A stretch of DNA of 64,000 nt, taken from an uncultured bacterium. Lineage in GTDB: Bacteria > Calescibacteriota > Calescibacteriia > Calescibacteriales > Calescibacteriaceae. A model generated the notes under the pieces. The model ran no database searches and was not told the DNA's origin. It saw only the letters and a program-made list of their open reading frames with translations. Both the position numbers and the translations under genes were made by a program. Positions 38,420 to 47,328 of this stretch are shown here, one piece after another. The stretch spans positions 101 to 64,100 of the forward strand of contig CAZRNR010000005.1 of assembly GCA_964601505.1 (NCBI GenBank), in the 5' to 3' direction. Every line of letters begins with the position of its first letter. Positions within the stretch are counted from its first letter, which is position 1.

Positions 38420-39100
38420 TTGGTATCTTCCTTCCTTCATAGCCAAAATTCCTACGCACAAGAAGATTTAAATAATATCACAAAAAACTTAGAACTCGCA
38501 AAAAATTTAGCCCTAAAATTTGAAATAAAAAAATCTAAAAATATCACAACTGAAATAAGAAAAACCATAATACATAAATGCAACGATAAAAAATTCCTCA
38601 AAGTCTATGCTGAAACATTCGCAATAGATGGAATATCTTCATATCTCTCCGGAAATAAAGAAGAAGCTCTAGAGCTTTTCAAGAGAGCTATATCTCTATC
38701 TCCTGAAATCAAAAATAACATGAGCGCTGATGAAATGATACCTCAAAAAATAAGAAATGATTTAATAACACTAGAACCAGAAGAAAACACATTTTTTGTT
38801 GAAATAATTTCAGAAGGCGATATATTTGTTAATGGTGAAAAAATATGCCAAGCTCCGTGTCAAACTAATATAAAATCCGGTATGAAGATAATATGCACAG
38901 AAAAAATATGCATAGAAAAAGAGATAAACCAGAACGAAAAGATATTTCTTCCGGAACCAGAAAGAAGCAAGAGATCTTTTACGAAAACATTTTTGACCAT
39001 AGGAATACCTATAGCAATCGCAACAACTACCATAGCAATAATACTTATAACCTCAAATGACAAAAAAACCCAAGGTATAAGAATAATTATACTTGAATAA
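38420..39100 (+). CDS. Helical-repeat plus PEGA-like domain protein with C-terminal TM anchor; the 5' end is probably disrupted or mis-framed
   Basis: TTG start only. TPR-like helical N-half, FFVEIISEGDIFVNGEKI..APC PEGA-like segment, FLTIGIPIAIATTTIAIILI anchor. A signal-peptide-like ORF lies in another frame just upstream. Confidence 0.45.
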   Translation: MVSSFLHSQNSYAQEDLNNITKNLELAKNLALKFEIKKSKNITTEIRKTIIHKCNDKKFLKVYAETFAIDGISSYLSGNKEEALELFKRAISLSPEIKNNMSADEMIPQKIRNDLITLEPEENTFFVEIISEGDIFVNGEKICQAPCQTNIKSGMKIICTEKICIEKEINQNEKIFLPEPERSKRSFTKTFLTIGIPIAIATTTIAIILITSNDKKTQGIRIIILE

Positions 39101-39205
39101 GAGAATCTTTATATTATCTCCAAAGCGAAAACAATAACATTCAAATTTACTCTTCGTTATATCGAAAGATAAATAATTGTAATTATAGATGCACAGAATT
39201 TTGAA

Positions 39206-40450
39206 TCACTTGGAGATTTCTCGTTTTATCTCGACCCTCATATTGGTAAGGTCTGCAAAAATAAAAATTTTCTCACTATTCTGAACATCTATTTTTGTTC
39301 TGTATGAAGTTAGGTTGTTCCTGAATTCAACAAAATGATATCCTTCCTGAACCTTCAGATTCACTACGGGTGTCCTATCTACCATCTTTCCATCAAGATA
39401 TACTTCCGAATCAGGCAAAGAGTTTATAAAAATGTATCCGAAATTCTCTGTATTTTTATTTTTCTCAGTTGGATGAAACATAGACTTAAAATCTTTTTTA
39501 GATTGCTCGGGTTTTCTGGAATCCCTGATCTTTTCTGTTTCTTGAGATTTTTCCTCTACCTTCTCATGAACCTGTCTTCTCTCCCCTGGTATCAATGAAA
39601 CCATTTCTATATTCTGTGAGAGCGGGTTCACATAAGTTTCTTTTTTAGCTTCAGTATTCCTTGTTGAAAAATATAATCTTTTTCTCAAAATATCCGGTAG
39701 AATAAGCCCGGCAAGAAAAGATGGTATTGATATAGAAAGAACCAAAATTATTCCTTTAGATAAATTTCTTGTCCGAGAACCAGAATTGATTATATTTCCA
39801 GTAGTGATAAAGAGTGATGCTTCTCTTTCAAAGAAAGATCCGAATTCATAGATCTTTTTAGCAATATCCAAGATAAAATCCCTTGGTCTTGAATAGTCCT
39901 TTTCTGAAATATCTCTGAAAACACCAGGACACATATATTCAATGACTTTCCCAAGAGCCTTAAGGTCTGATACTATATCTTTTTTTGAATTTCTATCGTA
40001 ATATCCTGGGGTTATAACATCTTGTGATTTTGCGCAGTCAAGGATCTTGATTTGACCATCAAATCCAATAATTATGTTTGAAGGAGTTATGTCTCCGTTG
40101 AATTCTCCTTTGGAGTCAATAAAATCAAGGAATCTCAAAATTTCTGAAGCTATGAAAAGAGCAAGCTGAGGTGGTAATTTGCCCTTCTCCTCAACTATTT
40201 CCCTTAAAGTTTTTCCGGGAATGTATTCTCTTACGATATATACATACTCATCGCTCTCAAACATATCATAAACTTCAGGGGTTTTGTATCTTATCTTTGA
40301 AAGAAAGAGATATTCTGTTTGAGCCAGATCTTTATTTTTCTTTGGAAATTCTTTCAATACAACATTCTTTGAAATATTTCTATCATATGCAAGGTATGTT
40401 TTGGAGAAATTCCCCTCCCAGATCTGAACTTTGTTTTCAAATCTACTCAC
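39206..40450 (-). CDS. Membrane Ser/Thr protein kinase-like protein with an extracytoplasmic PEGA domain
   Basis: Kinase fold motifs VVLKEF (Lys), NGDITPSNIII (catalytic loop), KILDCA (DFG position); one TM; C-terminal GYIFINSLPDSEVYLDGKMVDRTP PEGA domain. Confidence 0.7.
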   Translation of the reverse strand: MSRFENKVQIWEGNFSKTYLAYDRNISKNVVLKEFPKKNKDLAQTEYLFLSKIRYKTPEVYDMFESDEYVYIVREYIPGKTLREIVEEKGKLPPQLALFIASEILRFLDFIDSKGEFNGDITPSNIIIGFDGQIKILDCAKSQDVITPGYYDRNSKKDIVSDLKALGKVIEYMCPGVFRDISEKDYSRPRDFILDIAKKIYEFGSFFEREASLFITTGNIINSGSRTRNLSKGIILVLSISIPSFLAGLILPDILRKRLYFSTRNTEAKKETYVNPLSQNIEMVSLIPGERRQVHEKVEEKSQETEKIRDSRKPEQSKKDFKSMFHPTEKNKNTENFGYIFINSLPDSEVYLDGKMVDRTPVVNLKVQEGYHFVEFRNNLTSYRTKIDVQNSEKIFIFADLTNMRVEIKREISK

Positions 40451-40481
40451 GTATATAAAGTAATGTTTGCTTTTCTTCTCT

Positions 40482-41837
40482 TTATATATTCAATTTAAGA
40501 TCTTTGATATACTTTTTGATGAGTTTTTCCATATACTTTCTGTTAATCTTCGCCATCCGAGCGCATTCCGATATATTTCCCCTACAAATTGAATATAAAG
40601 TTTTTACATAATTTTCTTCAAATTCCTCAATCAACTTGTGTTTCAGACTCTTGAAGTCTTGTTCCAGATCAACTTTGAATTTTGAATCTCCTCCAACCAG
40701 AATATCTATTTGCAATTCATTTGTTGCCTTCCAGATTTTATAAAATCTTTCAATAAAATTTTTAAGCTCTCTTACATTTCCTGGCCAGCTATAGCCCAAA
40801 ATCAGTGCAGAATTATCCGACAAAAAACCATAAAGTTTTTCAAACTCCTTCTTATCTTCGCAATTCCTTTCAAGGAAGAAATGAACAAGTGGGAATATAT
40901 CTTCTTTTCTTTCCCGAAGAGGTGGGATCTTGATTCTTACTTGAGCAAGGCGAAAAAAAAGATCACTTCTGAAATTTCCCCTCTCTATCTCTTCATCTAT
41001 TTTTCTTGATGTAGCAGATATTATTCTTGTATCAGAGTATAGAACTTTTGTTGAACCTACAGGCCTATACTCTTTCTTCTCAACAAATCTCAAAAGATGT
41101 ATCTGATCTTGTATAGGAATTTCTCCGATCTCATCTAAAAACAGTGTCCCCAGATTTGCGAGAGAAACGATACCATCTTTACTCTTTTCTGCACCGGTAA
41201 AAGCTCCTTTTTCATATCCGAAAATTTCAGACAAAAAAAGATTTTTATCAACTGTTGTGAGATCGCAGATTACAAAATCTTTATTTCTTCTTGGGCTTGC
41301 AAGGTGAATCGCTCGCGCAAGCTCCTCTTTGCCAACTCCTGTTTCACCCTCTATAAGTATATTAAGATCTGTTTGAGCAAACTTAAAAGCTCTTGCAAAA
41401 ATCTCCCTCATAGCTAAACTTTTTCCAACGCAACCAAAAAAATTTTCTTCCGGGAAAATATCAATCACCCTTCTCTCTCCAATCGCCTTAAATACTATTT
41501 CAGTCTGCCCCACCCTTATAGTTATTCCATTCTGAGACAGGAATGCAGAAACAATTTTCACACCGTTAAGATATGTCCCATTGGTGCTCTCAAGGTCCTG
41601 AATTTTGTAAAGCTTTGACTCATCATCCCATGTTATTCTCGCATGCTCCTTAGATACGGTAGGGTCAGAGAGGCGGATTTCACAAGAAGCTGAACTTCCC
41701 ATTATCAGATCCCTCGATGATAATCTGAAAACCTTCCCCCTATCAGGTCCCTTTATAACCTCTAACTCACAAAGTTCTATTTCAATAGCCCGCCTTTCTA
41801 TCCTTATAGTCTTCTCCATAATCTTATTGTAAAACAT
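40482..41837 (-). CDS. Sigma-54-dependent transcriptional activator with an N-terminal FHA domain
   Basis: FHA (SCEIRLSDPTVSKEHARI...STNGTYLNG), AAA+ Walker A GETGVGKE, GAFTGA loop, C-terminal Fis-type HTH. Confidence 0.85.
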   Translation of the reverse strand: MFYNKIMEKTIRIERRAIEIELCELEVIKGPDRGKVFRLSSRDLIMGSSASCEIRLSDPTVSKEHARITWDDESKLYKIQDLESTNGTYLNGVKIVSAFLSQNGITIRVGQTEIVFKAIGERRVIDIFPEENFFGCVGKSLAMREIFARAFKFAQTDLNILIEGETGVGKEELARAIHLASPRRNKDFVICDLTTVDKNLFLSEIFGYEKGAFTGAEKSKDGIVSLANLGTLFLDEIGEIPIQDQIHLLRFVEKKEYRPVGSTKVLYSDTRIISATSRKIDEEIERGNFRSDLFFRLAQVRIKIPPLRERKEDIFPLVHFFLERNCEDKKEFEKLYGFLSDNSALILGYSWPGNVRELKNFIERFYKIWKATNELQIDILVGGDSKFKVDLEQDFKSLKHKLIEEFEENYVKTLYSICRGNISECARMAKINRKYMEKLIKKYIKDLKLNI

Positions 41838-41866
41838 TTAGAAATGGCTACAGAAGTATCCATAAA

Positions 41867-41886
41867 TTGGTTATCAGAGTAACCAA
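41867..41886. promoter_or_regulatory. Candidate enhancer/UAS: inverted repeat TTGGTTA-N6-TAACCAA
   Basis: Perfect 7-bp arms, located 28 nt upstream of the sigma-54 -24 element and next to the activator gene. Confidence 0.35.
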
Positions 41887-41913
41887 AATTCAAAAAATAT
41901 CTCCTGAAATCTA

Positions 41914-41929
41914 TGGCACAGACTTTGCT
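41914..41929 (+). promoter_or_regulatory. Sigma-54 (-24/-12) promoter TGGCAC-AGACT-TTGCT
   Basis: Exact match to TGGCAC-N5-TTGC with correct GG/GC spacing, 25 nt upstream of the ATG at 41954 and divergent from the sigma-54 activator gene. A GAGGAGG Shine-Dalgarno follows. Confidence 0.7.
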
Positions 41930-41953
41930 GTAAATAAGAGGAGGTGAAAAAAT

Positions 41954-43486
41954 ATGTTTGAAAGGCTTTTTTTAATTATTTTAATCTTGGTGGCTTTGTT
42001 CAGATGTGCAGGATCGGAAACAAAAAAAGAAGTAACATTTAATCAACTTACACAAGACGAACAGACACAAATAGCAAACACCACAGATGATACATTGGGT
42101 GATCTATATATAGTGTTTGAAACCGAACTTAACCCAGCACTTATAGAGGCTGATATAAATGAAATCATGACCGCGCGCGCTCCAGCTCTAACTCCAGAAG
42201 ATGATTCATCAGTAAGCTCACAAGAAGATCCCACAGATGAAATGGAAAAAGAAATAGATCTCTCCAAAACATTGGAACACTCTATGAACACCGAAAGAAT
42301 AGAGAAAATCAAAAGTCTTGAAAATAACCTTAAAGATATACGCAGGTTAGGGAATGGATATGGAAAACTTGTATTAAGTCTGTTCCAACTCCAGAATCTC
42401 GGGAAATGCTTCGAAGACAAAAAAATACAACCCAAAACATGTGAAAAAGTTAGGCAAGGAGAAATCTCTTCCTGCACACTTGAAATAAATGGATGTAGCT
42501 TAGATGATAATGGATACTCTGTCTCTGGAATCATATATGTTGATTATGTTACGGCACAATCAGGAACTATATATTACTCTTTGAATCTTACAAATGCGAA
42601 GTTTGAGAAGAATGGGAAATATGTCAATTTTTCAGGGAGTATTCTTGGAAAAATCATTCAGGGTGAGTCAGAGCAGGAAATCAAAAACATAAATATAGAA
42701 GATACAGAAAGGGGGATAATATTGAGAATTGGAAGTGGTCTTAACAGGGTTGAACTCATGAGCAGTGGAACAGCTAAAGCCAAATCTCAATTCACCAATG
42801 TATATTTCAAAAGTGCGACGAAAGAAGTATGGTTTAATACGGACATAGAAGTTAATAGAGATGGGAAGAACTTGAGTATATCTTTCAGCGCTTCCGCTAC
42901 AAATACATCTGGCGAAAAAGCAGAAGTAAGTGGAGTGCATAATAGGGTAAAGAGTTCCGATCCAAAGATGGTATCACGCGAGGATAGACTCAATGTATCT
43001 TTCAGCTCACCTACAACATCTTTCAGTTCATCTACATATAGATACAAATCAGTTAAGCACGAAAAGACCCCAGATGGTAAGACATTTTCTCTTTCTATAA
43101 CGAATGATGTAAAATCAAATGGGCAAACAATATACTCTTTCTCAAAAGACCTTACAATTGTCAAAAGCACAAATCGTGTGATATCAGGGAAATCTACAAT
43201 ATTAAAGAAGAATGGAGTAAAGCTTGAAATAACATACGATAATATTGAGATGGAAAAAGGATGTAAAAAACCCGTTGGTGGAAAGGTTACGGTTATCCGA
43301 ACAGCACCAAATGAGGAAAAAACAAAGATAGAGGTAACATTCAAATCAGGATGCGTTTGTGAAGCAGACGTAAAAGTTGAAAAATCAGATAAAATTATCA
43401 CAACTTCACGCAATATGTGTGAAGCAGGAGAAAAAGCAAAAACTAATATGATGAATAGGATGGGAGGAAATCACGGTATGATGTGA
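41954..43486 (+). CDS. Secreted/lipoprotein-like protein of unknown function (510 aa)
   Basis: Signal peptide ending ...ALFRCAGSE, acidic N-region, several Cys pairs, Met-rich C-terminus. I recognised no family. Confidence 0.5.
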   Translation: MFERLFLIILILVALFRCAGSETKKEVTFNQLTQDEQTQIANTTDDTLGDLYIVFETELNPALIEADINEIMTARAPALTPEDDSSVSSQEDPTDEMEKEIDLSKTLEHSMNTERIEKIKSLENNLKDIRRLGNGYGKLVLSLFQLQNLGKCFEDKKIQPKTCEKVRQGEISSCTLEINGCSLDDNGYSVSGIIYVDYVTAQSGTIYYSLNLTNAKFEKNGKYVNFSGSILGKIIQGESEQEIKNINIEDTERGIILRIGSGLNRVELMSSGTAKAKSQFTNVYFKSATKEVWFNTDIEVNRDGKNLSISFSASATNTSGEKAEVSGVHNRVKSSDPKMVSREDRLNVSFSSPTTSFSSSTYRYKSVKHEKTPDGKTFSLSITNDVKSNGQTIYSFSKDLTIVKSTNRVISGKSTILKKNGVKLEITYDNIEMEKGCKKPVGGKVTVIRTAPNEEKTKIEVTFKSGCVCEADVKVEKSDKIITTSRNMCEAGEKAKTNMMNRMGGNHGMM

Positions 43487-43505
43487 GATAACCATACGAA
43501 TCAAT

Positions 43506-43531
43506 GGGGGAGAAAAACTCCCCCTACTTTT
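43506..43531 (+). terminator. Rho-independent terminator
   Basis: GGGGGAG-AAAAA-CTCCCCC hairpin followed by TACTTTT, 20 nt after the stop codon. Confidence 0.75.
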
Positions 43532-43793
43532 CCCTCGGAAGCAAAATAAAATATAAAGAAATCACTTACAAATTGAACTCCATTCTTCATAAATCCTCAA
43601 GCTGGATTACTCTATGAAAAACTATCTATCTTCCATATCAACGAAAAACACTACAGACTTAAATCTACAAATAATCATACGAGAATGAAAAATGTTAAGG
43701 CAACACTCAAGGTTTGTTCGGAATCAATTCACATAACAAAAAAATATGTGAATGTCTGCTTGAACAAAAAGATAACTAACATTTTTGAATCTC

Positions 43794-46505
43794 TTATATC
43801 TTAACTTTTCCGGAAACGAAACTAAATATTGCGGGCATAAGTATCACAGATACAAAAGCTGAAAAGGCTATACCGATTGTGAGAATTTCTCCGAGATCTT
43901 TAAGTCCGGGAAAATGTGCTGCAAGCATAGAACCAAATCCGACAATTGTAGTAATAGCTGCGATAAAGATAGCAGTTCCAGTTCCTGCTATAGCTTTCTT
44001 GATATCTTTCTCTTCAATCAATCTATGGACTATATGAACACCATAATCAACTCCAACTCCAAGTAGCAGAGCATAGGCTCCCATATTTATATAATGTATT
44101 TTCACACCAAGAAGCGAAGCGATACCAGATGAGATAATCAGAGAAGACATAACAGGAATCAGAGATAAAACAGTCTGGGATAACTTTCTGAATCCTAAAA
44201 ATACTATGAACGAGACAATAAAGGCAGATAGTATTAATGATCTGAGGAAATCTTTTTTGACCCTATCAGTAACATTAAGGAATATCGAAATTATGCTGAA
44301 AGACTTTGGATCTATTTGTTCCATTTCTTTTTTTATCTGACGCATATAGTTTTCATCTTCCCATATGGCTCTTTTTGGATAAGCGAAAACCATGAAAGAG
44401 CCATCTTTTCCAACAAATGCATTCTTTATATCCCTTGGTATGTCATTTATGTCAAAACCTCTGCTTTGAGAAGCGAGCTTTAAATCATTCAGCATTTCTG
44501 ATACCGAATCTAAATTAACAACCTGAAGTGTAGTCATATCAATATAAGTTCTTTGTGATATATTCTGTATAATGTTATCCACCATATCTTTGAGTTTTCT
44601 TGCTTCATTCTCACCTTGAAAAGTTCCTGAAAGCACAGAAAGTTCTATCATAGCAGATGCTACTTCTCTTAAGGATTCAAAGACTTCTGAAACATGCTTT
44701 GAATCTGCAACATATGGTAAATTTGGTTTCTTACCAAGATTTATATCCTTCACAACATTATAAATAGAGCGAACATATGGAATCTTCTCCTGAATATCTT
44801 GAGGATAAAAAATCCTTATTGATTCAACAGATTTGACAGTTGAAGATGATTCTATTTTTTTTATGTTCTCGTCAAGTTCATTAAGATTTTCAAAAACGAA
44901 AACTGTATAGTCTTTTGGTCTTCCAAACTCTTTTATTATCAAATCCTCAGCATGAATAGCTGGTAAATCTGGTAGAATCTTTCTCAAATTGTATTCAAAC
45001 CCAAATTTAGAAATCAAACCAAATATACCAAGAAAAATGAGAACGGAATAAATAATGAGGAAAGGAAATCTCATTTTGGAAACAAGGTCTGAGACAAATC
45101 TCAGTGGTAGATCTAACGTTATAACCTTTTCTTTTACAAGCATTTTTCTCAAGAGTATTATAAGAGAAGAAGTAAAGAAAAGCGATGTTATAAGATATAT
45201 GATAATTCCACTTCCTGCTATAACACCAAGAATTTTTGTTCCTGTTATTTCACTTATGGTTACGGAGAGAAAAGCAGCAGATGTAGTTATAGCTCCAACA
45301 AACATCGGAGGGATAACTTTCTTCAGAGTTAATCTCATAGCTTGCTTTGGTTCTTCTCCTTCCTGGATGAATTCTTTCCATCTTGAAAAAACATATGCCT
45401 GAAAATCTACTCCAAGACCAATTAGAAAAGCTCCAAAAAGAGCGCTTATAACTGTTATATACCCATAAACGAGCATGAGAAAACCAAATGAGAGAGCCAA
45501 ACCAACACCCAGAGCCGACGCTATTACAATCATACCCCCTAAACCTCTGAAAACCAAGAGAAACACAATAACCCCGAGTATCCCAGATATAAGCGTGGTG
45601 GTCTTCATATCTCTTATCGTAACCAACCTCTGCTCCTCAAGAGCGATATATGTCCCCCCAAGATAAACATTAGGACAAGACTTCAGATTACCTTTGATAT
45701 CAACAAGTTTTCTATATATCAATTTATTGAAGTTGTAGTCATCAGATGGTCTGACAGGTATTGCGAACACAGCTATCGTATCAAGATCCTTTGAGATCAT
45801 AAACTCATGGTCAATATCATACTCATTGGTGCTATTTGAAGCAGAACCGACAAGAAAAGCTTTACGGAAAAGGCTTCTGTATTTCTCCTGATCAATGTAG
45901 CCAGTTCGAAAATATTCATCTATAGCGCTCAACCAATCTCTTAAATTTGTAATTGATTTGACAAACTCTTCTTCATCTCCTACATCTTCTCTCTGGAGGA
46001 TTTCTCTTTCCATAATTCCTGACCAAGTCTTAACAAAGTGCAGGAAATCAAGGTCGTCAAACAAGCTTGCAAACTCTTTCTCACGCCTTCTCAAAAAATC
46101 TTCAAGCTCTTCAAGATTATCTCTTTCCACGAAAAACAAAGCATGCTGCTTCAAAAAATCTATAGGAATCTTACCCCTGACAGATTTTATCTCCTCTAAA
46201 GCTTCAAGATTATTCTGAACTTCCTCCGCACATTTTTTAAGTTCAGATAAATTTTCAGACTGTATTACAAAAAAGACCATATCTACACCACCATATTTTT
46301 CCGAGACCTCCTTGTATCTAACAACCTGTGGATGATTTGGAGGAAGCTCATCAAAAAATGATAGCTTTATCACCATTTTCTTAGCTGACAAAGCTGAAAC
46401 AACCGCAAGAAATATGAACAAAGGGACAAACAACCAATAAAACTTTAAAGGTAATTCAGATATAATGCCTATTATTCTATTCCCAAGATTTTCTTTTGAA
46501 TTCAT
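43794..46505 (-). CDS. MMPL/RND-superfamily exporter (HpnN-like architecture)
   Basis: 903 aa; two 6-TM bundles, each preceded by a large soluble loop; GVDYGVH-type motifs in both halves. Confidence 0.7.
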   Translation of the reverse strand: MNSKENLGNRIIGIISELPLKFYWLFVPLFIFLAVVSALSAKKMVIKLSFFDELPPNHPQVVRYKEVSEKYGGVDMVFFVIQSENLSELKKCAEEVQNNLEALEEIKSVRGKIPIDFLKQHALFFVERDNLEELEDFLRRREKEFASLFDDLDFLHFVKTWSGIMEREILQREDVGDEEEFVKSITNLRDWLSAIDEYFRTGYIDQEKYRSLFRKAFLVGSASNSTNEYDIDHEFMISKDLDTIAVFAIPVRPSDDYNFNKLIYRKLVDIKGNLKSCPNVYLGGTYIALEEQRLVTIRDMKTTTLISGILGVIVFLLVFRGLGGMIVIASALGVGLALSFGFLMLVYGYITVISALFGAFLIGLGVDFQAYVFSRWKEFIQEGEEPKQAMRLTLKKVIPPMFVGAITTSAAFLSVTISEITGTKILGVIAGSGIIIYLITSLFFTSSLIILLRKMLVKEKVITLDLPLRFVSDLVSKMRFPFLIIYSVLIFLGIFGLISKFGFEYNLRKILPDLPAIHAEDLIIKEFGRPKDYTVFVFENLNELDENIKKIESSSTVKSVESIRIFYPQDIQEKIPYVRSIYNVVKDINLGKKPNLPYVADSKHVSEVFESLREVASAMIELSVLSGTFQGENEARKLKDMVDNIIQNISQRTYIDMTTLQVVNLDSVSEMLNDLKLASQSRGFDINDIPRDIKNAFVGKDGSFMVFAYPKRAIWEDENYMRQIKKEMEQIDPKSFSIISIFLNVTDRVKKDFLRSLILSAFIVSFIVFLGFRKLSQTVLSLIPVMSSLIISSGIASLLGVKIHYINMGAYALLLGVGVDYGVHIVHRLIEEKDIKKAIAGTGTAIFIAAITTIVGFGSMLAAHFPGLKDLGEILTIGIAFSAFVSVILMPAIFSFVSGKVKI

Positions 46506-46694
46506 AGAATTACGATAATAATTTATCAGTCATTTTATATGAAAATTCAACAGATTAAAAATTATGCTTTACAGAATTACCGCATTACTAAAACAGATAT
46601 TTAATACAAGTTTAAAAAATAAGTGGCTGAAAGAAGCAAAAGAATAGGGAGAACAAAACCGAAATTTATATGAGTTAGGCAGAAAAAACGATAA

Positions 46695-47279
46695 ATGAAG
46701 CAAGGGAAAAATATTCTATCCTTACTACCACTAGTGATAATTTCAATTTTACTATCATGCGCTGGCAGGAAAGCTCCACCCTGGACAATTCAAGATATCA
46801 CAATAGAACAAGGTAAAATAGATAAAGGATATGTGACAGAATCTGTTGGACTTAAACCTTCCGAGAGCTTAGCTCAACTAAAATGTATGACTCAAGGAAA
46901 AATAAAGCTACAAAACGTGGTAAGAGGTAAAATAGAAGAAAAATTCAAAGAATTTCTGAACTACACAAAAAATATAGAACCATACAGGGAAAAGGTAAAA
47001 ATATTCCGCGAGATGATGGTTGAGATCTCAAAGGAAATAATAAAAAAGTTATCCGATAAAATAGAACAAGAGGGAATACACATTGATAAAGAAAACTATG
47101 TGCTTTTCTGCAGAATGTCATTGAAATTTGATGAAGAGTTTTATAGGGTCTTGAACGAAACAAGTCTTGACATAATGAAATCAAATTATTACAGAACTAT
47201 TTACGACGAGGAAGCACCACAAAAGTTGTCTGAGTACATAGAAGAAAACATAAGAAAAATAAAAGGGGGTAAAAAATAA
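46695..47279 (+). CDS. Lipoprotein of unknown function
   Basis: Signal peptide with lipobox ILLSC; 194 aa, Lys/Glu-rich helical. Confidence 0.5.
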   Translation: MKQGKNILSLLPLVIISILLSCAGRKAPPWTIQDITIEQGKIDKGYVTESVGLKPSESLAQLKCMTQGKIKLQNVVRGKIEEKFKEFLNYTKNIEPYREKVKIFREMMVEISKEIIKKLSDKIEQEGIHIDKENYVLFCRMSLKFDEEFYRVLNETSLDIMKSNYYRTIYDEEAPQKLSEYIEENIRKIKGGKK

Positions 47280-47328
47280 AAAGGAACTCAGACAAATTAA
47301 AGGAGAGAAAGGCATCAAAGAAAAAGCA

